A stretch of 64,000 bases of DNA from an uncultured Chloroflexia bacterium (lineage in GTDB: Bacteria > Chloroflexota > Limnocylindria > Limnocylindrales > CSP1-4): assembly GCA_963713975.1 (NCBI GenBank), contig OY970218.1, forward strand, positions 896,001-960,000, written 5' to 3'. The translations under genes were made by a program, and so were the position numbers. Positions 60,695 through 64,000 of this stretch are shown piece after piece. A model generated the notes under the pieces. That model had not been told where the DNA came from. It saw only the letters and a list, made by a program, of their open reading frames with translations, and did not search any database. Every line of letters begins with the position of its first letter. Positions within the stretch are counted from its first letter, which is position 1.

Positions 60695-62613
60695 CCAGCG
60701 ATCCGCTTCCGTCCCGGATCCTCATCCCGGTCGCCAACCCGCTGACCGCGGAGGAGTTGATCCGCATCGGAGCCGCCCTGCTCGAGCCGCGCACGGGAGA
60801 GCTCACGGCCCTGGGCATCGTGGAAGTGGCCGAGGGCATGCCGCTGTCGGAGGGCGCCACGCGCGCCCGGCAGGCCCGCCGGCTGCTGCAGAAGGTCCTG
60901 GACTACGTCCCCGAGGGAACCGTAATCCATCCCCTCGTGCGGATCGGGCGCCATGCGGCGGCCGGCATCGTGGAGGCTGCCGCGGAGCAGGAAGCGGACC
61001 TGATGATCTTCGGCTGGGGCGGCAAGTCCGGGCCGCACCGCGACGCCAGCCGCCCGGTGATCAGCCCCACGATCGATGAGGTCGTGCGCGAGGCTCCCTG
61101 CAACATTGCCGTGGTCAAGCAGCGCGGCGCGCGCGAGGTCCGGCGGATCCTGGTCCCCGTACGCGGCGGTCCTCACGCGGAGCTCGCGCTGCGCCTCGCC
61201 GACGCCCTCGCGGTCCGGCACGGAGCTACGGTCGTGATCATGCACCTGGTGCCGGCCGGCGTGACGGAGGCGGTCCGCGCGCAGGCGGAGCGCGCCCTCG
61301 CCGCGTTCGGCCGCCAGTTCGTGACAGCGCACTCCGAGCCGGTGCTGCGCGAGGCGGCCAACGTCCGGTCCGCGATCCTGCGCGAGGCGGAGCGCGCGGA
61401 CCTCGTCGTGATGGGCGCGTCCGCGCCGCCCGGCGAGCCCGGCGGAGCCCTGTTCGGCCAGCTGCCGGAGGTCATCGCGCAGCGCGCCAAGTGCACCGTC
61501 ATCGTCGTCAAGACGCACGAGGTCATCGGTCGCCAGACCTTCGAGGCGCTCGCGCAGAAGGCGGAGACCCTCGTTGCCGCCGACCGGGCCGCAGAGGAGT
61601 CACGGGCGATTCCGGCGAAGGTGGACCGGTGGTTCGCGGAGGCGAACTTCCATCATTCGGAGTTCGGTGACCTGGCCCGCCTTGCCTCGCTCAAAGAGAA
61701 GCACGGCGCCACGGTCAGCCTCGTCCTGCCGACGCTCAACGAGGCCGACACGATCGGCCCGATCGTCCGCCGGGCGATCCGTGAGATGCAGGACCGCTAC
61801 CCGATCCTGGACGAGATCCTGGTGATCGACTCGGCGTCCACGGACGATACCCGGTCCATTGCCGAGGCCGAGGGAGCCCGCGTCGTCCAGCACCCCGACG
61901 TTCTCGCCCGCTACGGCTCGTTCCAGGGCAAGGGCGAGGCGCTCTGGAAGTCGCTCTACGAGACATCGGGCGACATCGTGGTCTGGGCCGACACGGATGT
62001 CCGCAACTGGCACCACCGAATGGTCTACGGGACGCTCGGACCGCTGCTGATGGAGCCCCGTCTCCAGTACGTCAAGGGCTACTACCAGCGCCCGATCGTG
62101 GAGGGCGGCGTCCTGAAGGAGGGCGGCGGCGGACGCGTGACGGAGCTGGTCGCCCGGCCGCTGGTCAACCTCTTCTTCCCGGAGCTGTCCGGCCTGATCC
62201 AGCCCCTGTCTGGGGAGTACGCCGGCCGCCGCTCGTTGCTGGAGCAGTTGCCGTTCTTCACCGGCTACGCGGTGGAGATCGGGCACCTGATCGATGCCCT
62301 GGACAAGGCCGGGCTCGGCGGGCTGGCGCAGGTGGACCTGGAGCGCCGGGTGCACCGCAACCAGGAGCTCGAAGGGCTGTCACGGATGTCGTTCGTCATC
62401 CTGCAGGCCGTCATGAAGCGCCTGGAGGAGCGGCGGCGGGTCCGCCTGTTCGCGGAGCTGGGCTCCACGATGAAGCTGCCGCGCTCCGGTCATGGCCGGC
62501 TGAGCCTCGAGGTGATGGAGCTGGCGGACAACGAGCGGCCACCGATGATCCGCATCCCCGAGTACCTGGAGAGGCGGCGCCTGGCCGGCGGTGACGTCGA
62601 GCCGGCCGACTGA
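60691..62613 (+). CDS. tandem universal-stress domains fused to glucosyl-3-phosphoglycerate synthase (GpgS-like)
   Basis: RILIPVA..ADLMIFGW..APCNI and RILVPV.GG..ADLVVMG (USP x2); LPTLNE, GKGEALWKSL, DTD, GGRVTELVARP, QPLSGEYA, GYAVE, HRNQ. Confidence 0.87.
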   Translation: MTSDPLPSRILIPVANPLTAEELIRIGAALLEPRTGELTALGIVEVAEGMPLSEGATRARQARRLLQKVLDYVPEGTVIHPLVRIGRHAAAGIVEAAAEQEADLMIFGWGGKSGPHRDASRPVISPTIDEVVREAPCNIAVVKQRGAREVRRILVPVRGGPHAELALRLADALAVRHGATVVIMHLVPAGVTEAVRAQAERALAAFGRQFVTAHSEPVLREAANVRSAILREAERADLVVMGASAPPGEPGGALFGQLPEVIAQRAKCTVIVVKTHEVIGRQTFEALAQKAETLVAADRAAEESRAIPAKVDRWFAEANFHHSEFGDLARLASLKEKHGATVSLVLPTLNEADTIGPIVRRAIREMQDRYPILDEILVIDSASTDDTRSIAEAEGARVVQHPDVLARYGSFQGKGEALWKSLYETSGDIVVWADTDVRNWHHRMVYGTLGPLLMEPRLQYVKGYYQRPIVEGGVLKEGGGGRVTELVARPLVNLFFPELSGLIQPLSGEYAGRRSLLEQLPFFTGYAVEIGHLIDALDKAGLGGLAQVDLERRVHRNQELEGLSRMSFVILQAVMKRLEERRRVRLFAELGSTMKLPRSGHGRLSLEVMELADNERPPMIRIPEYLERRRLAGGDVEPAD

Positions 62614-62860
62614 CCATGAGCCGCCGGATCAACGGCGCCATCTGTGCGCCGCGTGCATGGTTTCTCGCCCGGGCAGCCCCTTCGGTGCGTTACGCGCACG
62701 GTCACGACACCGGAACCGGCCCCATCCGGCCGGATCACGTCTCGGCGATGCGCCCCACGCACGAACGGAGCATGAGACCCCGAAATCCGTGTACCCCACG
62801 CACAGCCGTCCTCCTCGGGGCTTCGTCGGCTGGTGCCTGCCCATTGGTGGCGACCCGTCC

Positions 62861-63919
62861 ATGCACGTCCTGATCGCACCCGACTCGTTCAAGGGCTCCC
62901 TGACCAGCGTCGAGGTGGCACGGGCGATCGCCGACGGCTGGCTGCGGGCGCGTCCACAGGACGAGGTCCATCTCTCGCCCCTCGCGGATGGCGGCGAGGG
63001 CACCCTGGTCGCGGTGGAGGCATCGGGTGGCTGGCGCCGGGTCGAGGCCACGGTGCACGACCCGCTGGGCCGGCCGATCAGCGCGACATGGCTGCTCAGC
63101 GACGACGGTGCCATGGCGTTCGTGGAGATGGCCGGGGCATCGGGGCTCTCCCGCCTCCGACCGGACGAGCTGGACCCGGTCGGGGCGGCGAGCTTTGGCA
63201 CGGGCGAGCTCATCGCCGAGGCCATCCGGGCCGGTGTTGGTCGCGTGATCCTGGGGATCGGAGGCAGCGCAACGACCGATGGCGGACGCGGGCTTCTCGA
63301 CGCCCTCGCAGGCACCCGACTCGACGGCGTCGATCTCGAGGTTGCCTGCGACGTCACCAACCCGCTCCTGGGCGCGACAGGCGCCGCCGCCGTCTACGGG
63401 CCGCAGAAGGGGGCCGACCCGGCGCAGGTCCGCCTCCTGGACGAGCGCAACGCCGCGTGGGCGGACGAACTGGAGGCGCGCGAGGGCCGGCGCGTGCGCG
63501 ACACGCCGGGTGCGGGCGCAGCGGGCGGCGTCGGCTTCGCGCTGCTGGCGACGCAGGGTGACTTCCACTCGTTCTCGCTCCGCCCAGGTATCGATCTCGT
63601 CATGGAGGCCTCGGGGTTCGACGCGGCGCTGACCTCCGCGGACCTCGTGATCACCGGCGAGGGCCGGATCGATCATCAGACCGCGTTTGGCAAGACCGCG
63701 ATGGGCGTGGCCCGGCGGGCCCTGGCCGCTGGCGTCGCCTGCGTGGCGGTCGGCGGCGGCGTGACTCCCGAGGGCATGGAGGCGCTGGCAGCGGCCGGCG
63801 CCGTGGCCGTCCCGGTGAGCGAGGGCCCAGGGACCGTGGAGGCCGCGATGTCCGGCGGGACGGCTCCGCTGGAACGCTGCGGGGAGCGGATCGCGAGGCT
63901 GGTCGGAATTGTCCCGTAG
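62861..63919 (+). CDS. glycerate kinase (GlxK/GarK family)
   Basis: IAPDSFKGSL, ADGGEGT, GIGGSATTDGG, YGPQKGA, GAAGG, TGEGRID.QT. Confidence 0.94.
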   Translation: MHVLIAPDSFKGSLTSVEVARAIADGWLRARPQDEVHLSPLADGGEGTLVAVEASGGWRRVEATVHDPLGRPISATWLLSDDGAMAFVEMAGASGLSRLRPDELDPVGAASFGTGELIAEAIRAGVGRVILGIGGSATTDGGRGLLDALAGTRLDGVDLEVACDVTNPLLGATGAAAVYGPQKGADPAQVRLLDERNAAWADELEAREGRRVRDTPGAGAAGGVGFALLATQGDFHSFSLRPGIDLVMEASGFDAALTSADLVITGEGRIDHQTAFGKTAMGVARRALAAGVACVAVGGGVTPEGMEALAAAGAVAVPVSEGPGTVEAAMSGGTAPLERCGERIARLVGIVP

Positions 63920-63932
63920 GCCCCCGTGCGGC

Positions 63933-63961
63933 TTGACCTAGTCCACTGGTTAGTCCATCAT
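63933..63961 (+). promoter_or_regulatory. promoter with TAGTCCA direct repeats (putative TA operator)
   Basis: TTGACC 63933, 17 nt, CATCAT 63956; TAGTCCA at 63939 and 63951. Confidence 0.55.
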
Positions 63962-63967
63962 CGGGCC

Positions 63968-64000
63968 ATGACCGACGCCTTCAACATCCACGACGCGAAG
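63968..64000 (+). CDS. probable Phd/YefM antitoxin, 5' fragment
   Basis: MTDAFNIHDAK matches the Phd-type 'NIHEAK' start; only 11 codons visible. Confidence 0.6.
   Translation, partial: MTDAFNIHDAK

Overview
High-GC bacterial chromosomal window with no rRNA, tRNA, CRISPR array or transposase that I can see. The gene content (DarA, GuaB3, F420-type reductase, Tad minor pilins, many apparently leaderless genes) suggests a Chloroflexota- or Actinomycetota-like organism; this is inference. Housekeeping genes include guaA, guaB3, ppk2, tmk, tldD/tldE, pdxS/pdxT, cca and galE. Four accessory blocks stand out. (1) 15.7-28.9 kb: a SARP-type BTAD/ATPase/TPR regulator divergent from three tandem paralogous membrane sensors. 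Each sensor stops after the first part of a GAF-like domain. They are followed by a PP2C phosphatase/RsbW-kinase fusion that starts with the complementary GAF part, then two STAS proteins and putative output genes. A paired-heptamer promoter motif recurs in front of three genes of this block. This is the best candidate for an undescribed split-GAF interchangeable-sensor system. (2) 38.0-44.7 kb: a compact sugar-phosphate (RpiB/DeoC/AldDH) microcompartment locus. (3) 49.1-56.8 kb: two divergent TadE-TadE-TadG cassettes around a 12-bp inverted repeat. (4) 58.5-63.9 kb: a catalytically degenerate DNA-ligase homolog and a glucosylglycerate-type cluster with a USP-USP-GpgS fusion. All family calls come from motif recognition by eye; no searches were run.
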